Under the pieces are notes generated by a model that worked only from the letters and a program-made list of their open reading frames with translations, made no database searches and was not told the origin of the DNA. This document shows, in pieces, positions 50,099 through 61,004 of a DNA stretch of 64,000 nt. Every line of letters starts with the position of its first letter. The stretch's first letter is position 1. Origin of the DNA: a plasmid; sequence record NZ_CP104760.1. One strand, written 5' to 3'. Both the position numbers and the translations under genes were made by a program.

Positions 50099-52168
50099 AT
50101 GAAACCAAAAAACCACCTTGATCTTGCGGCGGATGGCCTGATTGCGCCTGATTATATTGACGCCCACGGGCGGCCGCAGCAGGTATCTTCCTTTACCCGC
50201 GAGCGGCTGCTGGGGCTGATGCAGCCGTTGAGTGGCAGCGCGTCGCCGCTGCCGCCTGCAGCCATCTTTCGCCAGGGGGAGCCGCTGGCGCTCACGCCGG
50301 TTCTTTTCGCTGCGGCCGACTGGCAGCTGACCAGCGAAGCGGGCGAATGCTGGTCTGGCCGCTGTGCGGTCGGCGAGACGCTTTCGCTGCCGCTTTTGCC
50401 GGATGGCTACCACCAGCTGACGCTGGAGCATGAGGCGCAGCGCTACCGCTGCTGCATTATCGTCGCGCCGCCGCGCTGCTATGAGCCGGCCGCGCTGCTG
50501 GCGGGCGAATCGCTGTGGGGCAGCTGCATTCAGCTTTATACGCTGCGTTCGGCGAATAACTGGGGCATCGGCGACTTTGGCGATCTGCGGCAGATGATCG
50601 GTGAGACGGCGAAACGCGGCGGCGCCTTCGTCGGGCTGAACCCGCTGCACGCCCTCTTTCCTGCCGAGCCGGAGAGCGCCAGTCCTTACAGCCCCTCTTC
50701 CCGCCGCTGGCTCAATATTCTCTACATTGACGTCAACCAGATAGCTGATTTTCAGCAGAGCGACGCGGCGCAAACATGGTGGCGGCTTGAGGCGACGCAG
50801 CAGGCGCTGCAGGCGGCGCGCAGCGCTGAATATGTCGATTACCGCGCCGTGACGCGCCTGAAGCTGGAAGGGTTGCGGCTGGCCTGGCAGCAGTTTCGGC
50901 GTCGCGGCCCAGAGGATGCGGAGACGGCGGCGTTTGATGCCTTCGTCGAGGCGGGCGGCGACAGCCTGCTCAGCCAGGGACTGTTCGATGTGCTGCACGC
51001 CGAGCGGCGCGAGCAGGATAGCGACTGCCACGGCTGGCAAAGCTGGCCGGAAGCCTTTCAGCATCCTGACAGCGCCGCCGTGCTGGCGTTTCGCATCGAA
51101 CAGAGCGACGAGGTGCGCTTCTGGCTCTGGCTACAGTGGCTGGCGGCGCAGCAGTTCGCAGGCTGCTGGCAGCTTTGTCAGCAGCAGCAGATGCCGATTG
51201 GGCTCTATCGCGATCTAGCGGTAGGGGTGGCGCGCGACGGCGCTGAGACATGGCGTGAGCGGGAGCTTTACTGCCTTGAGGCGAGCGTCGGCGCGCCGCC
51301 CGATATTCTTGGCCCGCTGGGGCAAAACTGGGGGCTGCCGCCGATGGATCCGCAGGCAATGGCGGCGCGCGCCTTCGAGCCCTGGATTACGCTGCTGCGT
51401 GCCAGTATGCAGGACTGCGGCGCGTTGCGTATCGACCATGTGATGGCGCTGCTGCGTCTCTGGTGGATCCCGCAGGGCGAAAGCGCGGCTGAAGGTGCCT
51501 ATGTTCACTACCCGGTGGACGCGCTGCTGGCGATCCTGGCGCTGGAGAGTCAGCGCCACCGCTGTATGGTGATAGGCGAAGATTTAGGCACTGTGCCCGC
51601 GGCGATTGTCGATAAGCTGCGCGACGCCGGCGTTTACTCCTACAAGGTGCTCTATTTCGAGCAGACGTCGAAGCAGGCTTTCCGCCCGCCAGCGCAGTGG
51701 CCGCGTCAGGCGATGGCGGTCACCACTACCCACGATATGCCGACTTTGCGCGGCTGGTGGCGAAGCGACGATCTCCGTCTGGGAAGCGAGCTTGGCCTCT
51801 ATCCCGATAAAACCATTCTGGCCGGGCTTTACCGCGACAGACAGACGGCGAGACAAGCGCTGTTGCGAACCCTGCTGCGTAGCGGCGCGCTGCCGTCGCG
51901 TCAGCGGTTTCAGCGCGGCCGCGCGCGTATGACCGGGACGCTCAGCCGGGCGATACTGGGTTATCTGGCGGGGACGCAGAGCGCGCTGCTTGGCCTGCAG
52001 CCGGAAGAGTGGCTGGATATGGCAACACCGGTAAACGTGCCGGGCACCACTGATGCCTATCCCAACTGGCGACGCAAACTCAGCGCAACGCTGGAGGAGA
52101 TGTTCAGCGACGCTGCGGTCGATGCGCTGCTGGCGCAGGTTAACAGAGGCAGAAAAGAGGTTAAGTAG
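50099..52168 (+). CDS. malQ: 4-alpha-glucanotransferase (amylomaltase) MalQ
   Basis: 689 aa from ATG 50099; collinear with E. coli MalQ (…CYEPAALLAGESLWGSCIQLYTLRSANNWGIGDFGDL…). Confidence 0.95.
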   Translation: MKPKNHLDLAADGLIAPDYIDAHGRPQQVSSFTRERLLGLMQPLSGSASPLPPAAIFRQGEPLALTPVLFAAADWQLTSEAGECWSGRCAVGETLSLPLLPDGYHQLTLEHEAQRYRCCIIVAPPRCYEPAALLAGESLWGSCIQLYTLRSANNWGIGDFGDLRQMIGETAKRGGAFVGLNPLHALFPAEPESASPYSPSSRRWLNILYIDVNQIADFQQSDAAQTWWRLEATQQALQAARSAEYVDYRAVTRLKLEGLRLAWQQFRRRGPEDAETAAFDAFVEAGGDSLLSQGLFDVLHAERREQDSDCHGWQSWPEAFQHPDSAAVLAFRIEQSDEVRFWLWLQWLAAQQFAGCWQLCQQQQMPIGLYRDLAVGVARDGAETWRERELYCLEASVGAPPDILGPLGQNWGLPPMDPQAMAARAFEPWITLLRASMQDCGALRIDHVMALLRLWWIPQGESAAEGAYVHYPVDALLAILALESQRHRCMVIGEDLGTVPAAIVDKLRDAGVYSYKVLYFEQTSKQAFRPPAQWPRQAMAVTTTHDMPTLRGWWRSDDLRLGSELGLYPDKTILAGLYRDRQTARQALLRTLLRSGALPSRQRFQRGRARMTGTLSRAILGYLAGTQSALLGLQPEEWLDMATPVNVPGTTDAYPNWRRKLSATLEEMFSDAAVDALLAQVNRGRKEVK

Positions 52169-52180
52169 CGGTTAAATGTT

Positions 52181-52210
52181 AGCCCGCCGCGTGCGGGCTG
52201 ACTTTCTTGC
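52181..52210 (+). terminator. Rho-independent terminator of malPQ
   Basis: Stem AGCCCGC / GCGGGCT with loop CGCGT, then a T-rich tail. Confidence 0.6.
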
Positions 52211-52439
52211 GCCAGCGATATTCGTGGCGCAGTCGGGCGCCAGGCTAATGCGGCCCTGGTCAACGGCCAGCAGCGATCCTTTCGCTATTCCAGCATCATG
52301 ATAATCAATGGCTTTTCTGACAAATTCTATACATTAAGGCGACAGATGCACTAAACGCCAAAGCTAAAATGCTGCGCTGCATAGCCTGCCACCCTTTGAT
52401 AATTTCAATTTCAGAGGATATAAAGTACGTAATTTCTTC

Positions 52440-53129
52440 TCAAAATAAATCGCTCGTTCCAAATATACGATTAAGGTTCGTTTTCCCAACCTTAGTGACA
52501 AAAACGGCGCGGCTGTTTTTTTTCTTTATAATCCATTCTGATTTAACGAATCGATCTGCAAGAATATTTCCCAGAAAGCCGCCAAGGTGCGGGACGCGTT
52601 CAGTCCAGTCCATACACTGGATTGCAACTTTTTCTGGGATTGACTCCGGGCCAGCTGGAAGCAAATTATGATAGCTAAACCAGTCAGCCCCGTTACTGGT
52701 CAAATGAATAGTCTTAGAATGACCTTCAGTCTGAATGTAATGTAATTCGAGCAACTTTTGATAAATTAAAACGCCAAGATGTCCAGCCAGATGATTAAAA
52801 CAATAACGAGCCTGACATATTTCATTTTCAGGTAACTTCCGGTGTATTCCTTTACTACTGGCAAGATACATAACCGACTCTACAACAGAGGCTACATCAG
52901 AGGAGCTGAGCGTAAAATACTTAAATTTACCTTGCTTAAAGGTTTTCACAAGGCCGCTGTCAACAAGTGCTTTAAGATGAGCCGTTGCGGCTGAAGGCAG
53001 AAGGCCAGTTCCGTATGCCAGCTCTTTTGCCGTGAAATATCGTCCCTCCATCATCAGAACTAACATTTCAAGTCTGCGCTGATTCCCTAAGGCTATAGCT
53101 AACTGATTTAAAACATTTTTATTAAACAT
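52440..53129 (-). CDS. Winged-helix (ArsR/SmtB-like) transcriptional regulator with an extra C-terminal domain; low-GC island gene
   Basis: HTH segment LEMLVLMMEGRYFTAKELAYGTGLLPSAATAHLKALVDSGLV. AT-rich codon usage unlike the flanking mal genes. Divergent from the peptide/MccB-like operon. Confidence 0.6.
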   Translation of the reverse strand: MFNKNVLNQLAIALGNQRRLEMLVLMMEGRYFTAKELAYGTGLLPSAATAHLKALVDSGLVKTFKQGKFKYFTLSSSDVASVVESVMYLASSKGIHRKLPENEICQARYCFNHLAGHLGVLIYQKLLELHYIQTEGHSKTIHLTSNGADWFSYHNLLPAGPESIPEKVAIQCMDWTERVPHLGGFLGNILADRFVKSEWIIKKKNSRAVFVTKVGKTNLNRIFGTSDLF

Positions 53130-53191
53130 AGTTCATCCTTGACTGAATGGTTAAAACTTGAAACATATCCTGAAACGTTCTAATTGTATTT

Positions 53192-53212
53192 TTGCATTGT
53201 ATCTAAATGCAA
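53192..53212. promoter_or_regulatory. Inverted repeat TTGCAT-N9-ATGCAA in the divergent promoter region of the island
   Basis: Perfect 6-bp arms, read directly. Lies 37 bp upstream of the peptide start codon. Confidence 0.35.
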
Positions 53213-53248
53213 TACAAGTTTATTTCATTTAATTATAGGGGGTTCATT

Positions 53249-53302
53249 ATGAAATTTACAAAATTTAATGCGTCAAATGCAACTCTGGCTGCTGTAGGTT
53301 GA
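53249..53302 (+). CDS. 17-aa peptide MKFTKFNASNATLAAVG, candidate RiPP precursor for the downstream MccB-like enzyme
   Basis: Strong SD (GGGGG, 6 nt spacer) then ATG. Followed after 17 nt by a stable attenuator hairpin. Arrangement as in mccA-mccB. Confidence 0.45.
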   Translation: MKFTKFNASNATLAAVG

Positions 53303-53320
53303 TTTGGCCACTAAGAATTA

Positions 53321-53345
53321 AAGGGCCTGTAACAGGCCCTTTCTA
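53321..53345 (+). terminator. Intrinsic attenuator/terminator hairpin between peptide gene and MccB-like gene
   Basis: Stem AAGGGCCTG / CAGGCCCTT with loop TAA, then TCT; perfect 9-bp stem. Confidence 0.6.
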
Positions 53346-53372
53346 AGGGATTTAGTTAAAAGGGAGTTTATT

Positions 53373-54476
53373 ATGGATGTCATGAAGGTGTGTCTTAAAC
53401 CTACGGTTCTTTTATACAAAAACAACCCCAATAAAGTAGTGTTAAGGTTCTGTTCAGAAATAATAGAATTTGATGATGAGCGTGGCGATATACGGTTTTT
53501 CTTCGGTTTACTATGTGGAGCGTACACCTCGAAAGAAATCCTTGATGAGTATGCCAAAAAATATCCATATGATTCAGGCAGAGCCAGAGATTATCTGGAT
53601 ACGCTTAATGAACTGAAACTGATTGAACTACAACCTCAGGATTATAGCCCACTAAGTGACGCTCAGAAAGAAAGATATTCGCGAAACTTTGAATTCTTTA
53701 ATTCAGCTTTGCCAGTTGGAATGAACAAATATGGCATTCAGTGTTCCTTACTTGACAGTCGGGTAGTCGTATTAGGATGTGGAGGACTCGGTAGCCATAT
53801 CATTCTTGAACTCGCCGCGTTGGGAGTCGGAAACCTGACTATCGTTGACTTTGATCTGATTGAACTTAGTAACCTGAACAGGCAGATTCTATACAGAGAA
53901 GCAGATCTCGGACGAAAAAAAGTGTTTGCTGCAAGAAATAATGCCCTTACTTTCAACTCCAGTATTAATATCACCCCCGTTGAAAAGAAAATTGAATCAG
54001 TTTTAGATATAAAAGAAATAATTGTTGATCATGATCTTGTAATCTGCGTTGCAGATAAACCGCGAAACAGTATGGTTAAATGGCTTAATGAAGCCTGCTG
54101 CAAAGCAAAGATACCTTACATCAATGGCGGGCTTGATATTCGTAAGGCTGTTTTCTATTCGGTTATCCCTGGTGAAACCGGCTGCACAGAATGCTGGAAA
54201 TCATTTTTGCCCGAACAAAACAGGAAAGTAATCGATGAGGATAGCAGTACCCAAAATGATTATATGACCCCAGCCCCGGCTCTTTCAGCTCTCGTGTCTG
54301 TGACAACGGGCGCTATGATCTGTGAAGCAATTAAACTGTTAACTGATCTACAGCCACCCTCGCTGACAAACAATCTTAAAACCTTCTCTTTTGATGATTT
54401 GACTATCACTACAACTGAAAAGTGGAGGTTAAATCCAGAGTGTCATTGCTGCGAAATTATCGAAGGCCGAAAATGA
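53373..54476 (+). CDS. MccB-like ThiF/E1-family peptide adenylyltransferase (microcin C-type RiPP maturation enzyme)
   Basis: Rossmann motif VVVLGCGGLGSHI. ERYSRNFEFF and GETGCTEC motifs align with E. coli MccB (NRYSRNFLHY, GKTGCYEC). Second Cys cluster CHCC at the C-terminus. About 110-aa N-terminal extension, likely a peptide-clamp/RRE domain. Confidence 0.75.
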   Translation: MDVMKVCLKPTVLLYKNNPNKVVLRFCSEIIEFDDERGDIRFFFGLLCGAYTSKEILDEYAKKYPYDSGRARDYLDTLNELKLIELQPQDYSPLSDAQKERYSRNFEFFNSALPVGMNKYGIQCSLLDSRVVVLGCGGLGSHIILELAALGVGNLTIVDFDLIELSNLNRQILYREADLGRKKVFAARNNALTFNSSINITPVEKKIESVLDIKEIIVDHDLVICVADKPRNSMVKWLNEACCKAKIPYINGGLDIRKAVFYSVIPGETGCTECWKSFLPEQNRKVIDEDSSTQNDYMTPAPALSALVSVTTGAMICEAIKLLTDLQPPSLTNNLKTFSFDDLTITTTEKWRLNPECHCCEIIEGRK

Positions 54477-55642
54477 ACAAACTTATTTTATCTTATGCCA
54501 ACACTTCTTTTGGCTTCTGGTTGATATCATTTCTTATACCACTCATTGTTCTTGACATTAGTGGTTCAGCTTTTCTTGTCTCTCTTTCCTATGCGCTGAA
54601 TGTTTTTCCTTATATAGTAATAACCCCTCTCGCAGGGGTTGTTTGTGATACATATAACAGGAAAAATATCATTATGGCAGGGGAGTTATTTTGCTGTATT
54701 ACATCATTGTTACTGTTTTTTATTATCGATTTTAACCCTTCTGCTTATCTTGTTATAGGGCTAGGTTTTATTGTCTCATCCTTGTCAGCGATGCATCACC
54801 CTGTTTTTCAGTCGTTGATACCTGACCTGTATGAGCAAAATGAAATCAAGAATATTAACGCAAGCGTTGGCGTTATCGACAGCACCGTCAGTATACTTGC
54901 TCCGGTTATTTTAGGGGCGTTATTCTATAAATTCTCTAAGCAATCCGCATTGCTCCTTGTTACCCTTTGTTATTTTTTATCTTTTATAACCATTTTAACT
55001 ATACCTTATCACGGTCATAAGTCACAGGCGATATTGTCTTTGCAACACATCTGGGGTTCTTTACGGAAAGGTTTTGAATATGTCTTACATCAGAAAGCGT
55101 TATTCAATTTATCCTGCCTTTTTTTCTTTATTAATATGGGTATCAGGGTTATATTCCCCAACCTGATTTGGATTTATAGCGCCCAGTTTCATTTGAGCTC
55201 AGAGCAAATTGCTATAATGTTTGTGATTATTGGATTTGGCTCTATTTTAGGTGCGCGCATCGGGGCAGCTCTAATTGGACGGTTTGCCGATGTTTCTATC
55301 ATTATCTATTGCTCAATGATCATTGGCTTATGCAGTATACTGTTACTGGCCGCAAATAGTGCTCTGATGCACGCCATTACCTGGGCACTATCATCTTTAG
55401 TTCAATCGATTATTGTTGTTACCTATTTTACCTACAGACAAAAAGTCACAGAGCCTTATATACTCGGGAGAGTAGTATCAGTTACAAGATTAATATCTTA
55501 TATGGCTATACCTCTGGCTTCGGTATCAAGTGGCTGGGCAATATCAGTTTATGACTCTGTAACTGTTATTTATATTTTCAGCGCGCTGGTAATTCTGGTG
55601 CCGCTTTTATTCTATTGGCTGGCTACTCGAAAAGCAGTCTGA
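54473..55642 (+). CDS. MFS transporter (MccC-like exporter)
   Basis: 389 aa; 12 predicted TM helices; ATG overlaps the MccB-like stop (ATGA). Confidence 0.75.
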   Translation: MNKLILSYANTSFGFWLISFLIPLIVLDISGSAFLVSLSYALNVFPYIVITPLAGVVCDTYNRKNIIMAGELFCCITSLLLFFIIDFNPSAYLVIGLGFIVSSLSAMHHPVFQSLIPDLYEQNEIKNINASVGVIDSTVSILAPVILGALFYKFSKQSALLLVTLCYFLSFITILTIPYHGHKSQAILSLQHIWGSLRKGFEYVLHQKALFNLSCLFFFINMGIRVIFPNLIWIYSAQFHLSSEQIAIMFVIIGFGSILGARIGAALIGRFADVSIIIYCSMIIGLCSILLLAANSALMHAITWALSSLVQSIIVVTYFTYRQKVTEPYILGRVVSVTRLISYMAIPLASVSSGWAISVYDSVTVIYIFSALVILVPLLFYWLATRKAV

Positions 55643-55854
55643 AAGGTAAGAAGTCATTTCAATGCCTGCCTTTGGCAGGCCTGATGGTAAGAAATTAATC
55701 CTCTAAGATCTGGTGCTTTAAGCCTTGTAAATACTCCCTTTTGCTATGTTTTCATCGCCTCAGATTCCTGAGACTGAGCCGATGAAAAAGAAGAACAACC
55801 CTACGCCCTCACCATCCGTTCCCTGATAGCGATTAACCTCTCCGCAGTCGCTCA

Positions 55855-55880
55855 TAAAAAAGGTGCGCCGTAGCGCACCA
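55855..55880 (-). terminator. Rho-independent terminator of malM
   Basis: On the minus strand, GGTGCGC-TACG-GCGCACC followed by TTTTTTAT. Confidence 0.7.
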
Positions 55881-55911
55881 GGTGGGGCAACTCAGCACTG
55901 TCGGGGCAGCT

Positions 55912-56826
55912 TCACCCCTTGCCTTTAACACTGCTGATAAAGGTTTTACGCGCCGACGTCGAACCCAGTCGTTCCGCCTCGTCCAGCAGCCTGAGCGCCT
56001 TGTCGATATTGCCCTGATCCACCGCCTGACGAATGCTCTGATTAAAGTAACTTTCGGTGTCGCTCACCAGCGGCGCCGACGGCGTCGCGGGCGCGGTACG
56101 GACCGTCGCCTGCGTAACCGGCTGAGCGCTGCCGATCGTGACCGGCGCCGGGCTGGCGGAGCCAAACAGCGGGCCGACCAGAATCGAGGAGGCGGAGCTG
56201 GTAGAGACTTTCAGCTTAATCTTGCCGTCTACGCCGTGACGCGCGACGGGATCGGGAATATCGGGCACCGCATGGCCGGTGCCTCTGGCGTAGGCTTTTG
56301 CCGGATCGACCAGCGTGGTGGTCTGGTTGAGATCCTGCGCGGTGGTGAAGACCAGCAGATAAATTTTCTGCTGACCCGGCGCGGGCGTCAGCTTCATCAC
56401 CCCTTCCAGACGGTCGGCGCTCATGACGCCCGGCTGCTGATAGGTAAAAAAGCGGCTCGGAAACCAGGCGGCGGGACGCAGATTCTCGTCAAGCACCAGC
56501 ACGTTAGGGGCGAATACCTGATTGTGCGACACTTCGCTGCTCAGCGTTACCGTCATTTCGCCCTGGCTGGCGGGCAGGCTGTAGGCGGCGACCGGCCCGG
56601 TGATGCCGCTGGCCTCAAGCTGGGTACCGCTGGTGGCCAGCGTGGTGATCTGTGGACGCGAAGCATCAACGGGCTGCCAGTTCAGGCGCTGCAGGCTCGC
56701 TGTCGGAATAGTGGGCGCGGCAGAGAGATCCTGCGGCACCAGATTGATCTCAGCATGCGCTGGCAAGGCGAGGCTCGTCAGCAGCGCGGCGCTCAGACAG
56801 AGCGCGGTAAGCGTTTTCTTTTTCAT
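55912..56826 (-). CDS. malM: Maltose operon periplasmic protein MalM
   Basis: 304 aa with signal peptide; collinear with E. coli MalM (C-terminus …LLDEAERLGSTSAR.TFISSVKGKG). Confidence 0.92.
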   Translation of the reverse strand: MKKKTLTALCLSAALLTSLALPAHAEINLVPQDLSAAPTIPTASLQRLNWQPVDASRPQITTLATSGTQLEASGITGPVAAYSLPASQGEMTVTLSSEVSHNQVFAPNVLVLDENLRPAAWFPSRFFTYQQPGVMSADRLEGVMKLTPAPGQQKIYLLVFTTAQDLNQTTTLVDPAKAYARGTGHAVPDIPDPVARHGVDGKIKLKVSTSSASSILVGPLFGSASPAPVTIGSAQPVTQATVRTAPATPSAPLVSDTESYFNQSIRQAVDQGNIDKALRLLDEAERLGSTSARKTFISSVKGKG

Positions 56827-56942
56827 TTTAGGTTCTCAACAGGCTATCGGGCAGCCGCTCTGGCCTGGCAATGGCCGCTGCCGCCCAGAAAATGCCGTAC
56901 GCTGAACGTACGGCTTCTGCTTGCTTTACAGGACGAGGCGGC

Positions 56943-59395
<2,453 letters not shown>

Positions 59396-59481
59396 TGCTT
59401 TCCTCTCCGCTTGCTCACTCTTGCCCGCATCGCCGCAGGCAGACTCCGGCGACCACTATGGGAAAGGTTCAGTCGCCGCAC

Positions 59482-59753
59482 ATCCTCCGCCGTGGACGGT
59501 TTAGCTGGGGGATGAGAGAGGAGGAGGAGATCGTCGCGCAGGACGGTGCGAAGGCGGCAACCTGCTGTTTTTTGTGATCGAACGCGCAGAGTCGCGGCGA
59601 CGAGAGTGTGCGCCAGCCCGTGATAACGGTGCCGTTTTGCAACGGCGATCACGGCTTTGCGTCAGCAGGCGTAGAGTGCGGGAGGATGAGAAGCCGCAGC
59701 GGATCGCCACAATGTGCGGGAAAACGATTTCCGTTTCCGCTAACAGGATGGAG
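59482..59753. promoter_or_regulatory. Divergent malK / malEFG control region with MalT-box-like motifs and possible CRP half-sites
   Basis: MalT-box-like motifs: GGGGGATGAGAGAGGAGGAGG (59507-59527), GGGAGGATGAG (59679-59689), CATCCTCC (59482-59489, inverted). TGTGATCGAACGCGCA is CRP-like. malE SD GGAG. Confidence 0.45.
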
Positions 59754-59755
59754 TT

Positions 59756-60946
59756 ATGAAAATGAAAACCGGCGCACGTATTTTTGCCCTTTCCGCCCTT
59801 ACGGCCATGCTGTTTTCGGCCTCGGCAATCGCGAAGATAGAAGAGGGAAAACTGGTTATCTGGATCAACGGCGACAAAGGCTATAACGGGCTCGCCGAGG
59901 TGGGTAAAAAGTTTGAGCAGGATACCGGCATTAAAGTGACGGTAGAGCATCCGGATAAGATGGAAGAGAAGTATCCGCAGGTGGCCGCCACCGGCGACGG
60001 CCCGGATATTATCTTCTGGGCGCACGACCGTTTTGGCGGCTACGCCCAGTCAGGCCTGCTGGCGGAGATTTCGCCGGATAAAAGCTTCCAGGAGAAGCTC
60101 TTTCCCTTCACCTGGGATGCGGTGCGCTTTAACGGCAAGCTGATTGGCTATCCCGTGTCGGTCGAATCGCTGTCGCTGATTTACAACAAAGACCTGCTGC
60201 CCACTCCGCCGAAAAGCTGGGAAGAGATGGCGGCCGTCGACAAGCAGCTGCGCGCGAAAGGCAAAAGCGCCATTATGTTCAACCTGCAGGAACCCTATTT
60301 CACCTGGCCGCTGCTGGCCGCAGGCGGCGCTTACGCCTTTAAAAAGACCGACAGCGGCTACGACGTTAAAGACACCGGCGTAGATAACGCTGGCGCGAAG
60401 GCGGGCATGCAATTCCTTGTCGATCAGGTCAAAGCCAAAACCCTCAACGCCGACACCGATTACTCTATCGCTGAAGCCGCCTTCAATAAGGGGCAGACCG
60501 CGATGACCATCAACGGCCCCTGGGCCTGGAGCAATATCGACAAGAGCGGCATCAACTATGGCGTAACGCTGCTGCCGACCCTCAACGGCAAGCCATCGAA
60601 AACTTTTGTTGGCGTGCTCAGCGCAGGCATCAACGCGGCCAGCCCGAATAAAGAGCTGGCGAAAGAGTTCCTGGAAAACTACCTGCTGACCGACGCCGGT
60701 CTGGACGCGGTGAACAAAGATAAGCCGCTGGGCGCGGTGACGCTGAAGTCGTTCCAGCAGACGCTGGAAAAAGATGAGCGTATCGCCGCCACCATGAACA
60801 ACGCGCGCAGCGGCGACATTATGCCAAATGTTCCGCAGATGGCGGCGTTCTGGTATGCGATGCGCACCGCCACGCTTAACGCCCTGAGCGGTCGCCAGAG
60901 CGTAGACGCCGCGCTGAAAGATGCGCAGGCGCGCCTGAATAAGTAA
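59756..60946 (+). CDS. malE: Maltose-binding periplasmic protein MalE
   Basis: 396 aa with signal peptide; [28 protein letters not shown]… is canonical MBP. Confidence 0.95.
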   Translation: MKMKTGARIFALSALTAMLFSASAIAKIEEGKLVIWINGDKGYNGLAEVGKKFEQDTGIKVTVEHPDKMEEKYPQVAATGDGPDIIFWAHDRFGGYAQSGLLAEISPDKSFQEKLFPFTWDAVRFNGKLIGYPVSVESLSLIYNKDLLPTPPKSWEEMAAVDKQLRAKGKSAIMFNLQEPYFTWPLLAAGGAYAFKKTDSGYDVKDTGVDNAGAKAGMQFLVDQVKAKTLNADTDYSIAEAAFNKGQTAMTINGPWAWSNIDKSGINYGVTLLPTLNGKPSKTFVGVLSAGINAASPNKELAKEFLENYLLTDAGLDAVNKDKPLGAVTLKSFQQTLEKDERIAATMNNARSGDIMPNVPQMAAFWYAMRTATLNALSGRQSVDAALKDAQARLNK

Positions 60947-61004
60947 TGCCCCCTCGAAGCCGGCTTGCGCCGGCTTATCACTGGCTGTTAAGGAACACCG
61001 AATC

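Noticed and set aside
53318-53557. 79-aa antisense ORF overlapping the start of the MccB-like gene
   Set aside because: It overlaps the attenuator hairpin and the well-supported ThiF-like CDS. No SD.
53249-55642. Calling the island a bona fide E. coli-type microcin C7 (mccABCDEF) operon
   Set aside because: There is no mccD/mccE/mccF, and the peptide is 17 aa ending in Gly rather than the MRTGNAN heptapeptide ending in Asn. Only 'MccB-like minimal cassette' is supported.
52200-55900. Integrase, transposase, tRNA or direct repeats marking the island borders
   Set aside because: None recognisable by eye. Borders are inferred from GC shift and the flanking malQ/malM terminators only.
55643-55911. 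Tiny ORFs (MPAFGRPDGKKLIL, MKKKNNPTPSPSVP) between the MFS gene and malM
   Set aside because: No SD, and they overlap terminator hairpins. Likely non-coding.
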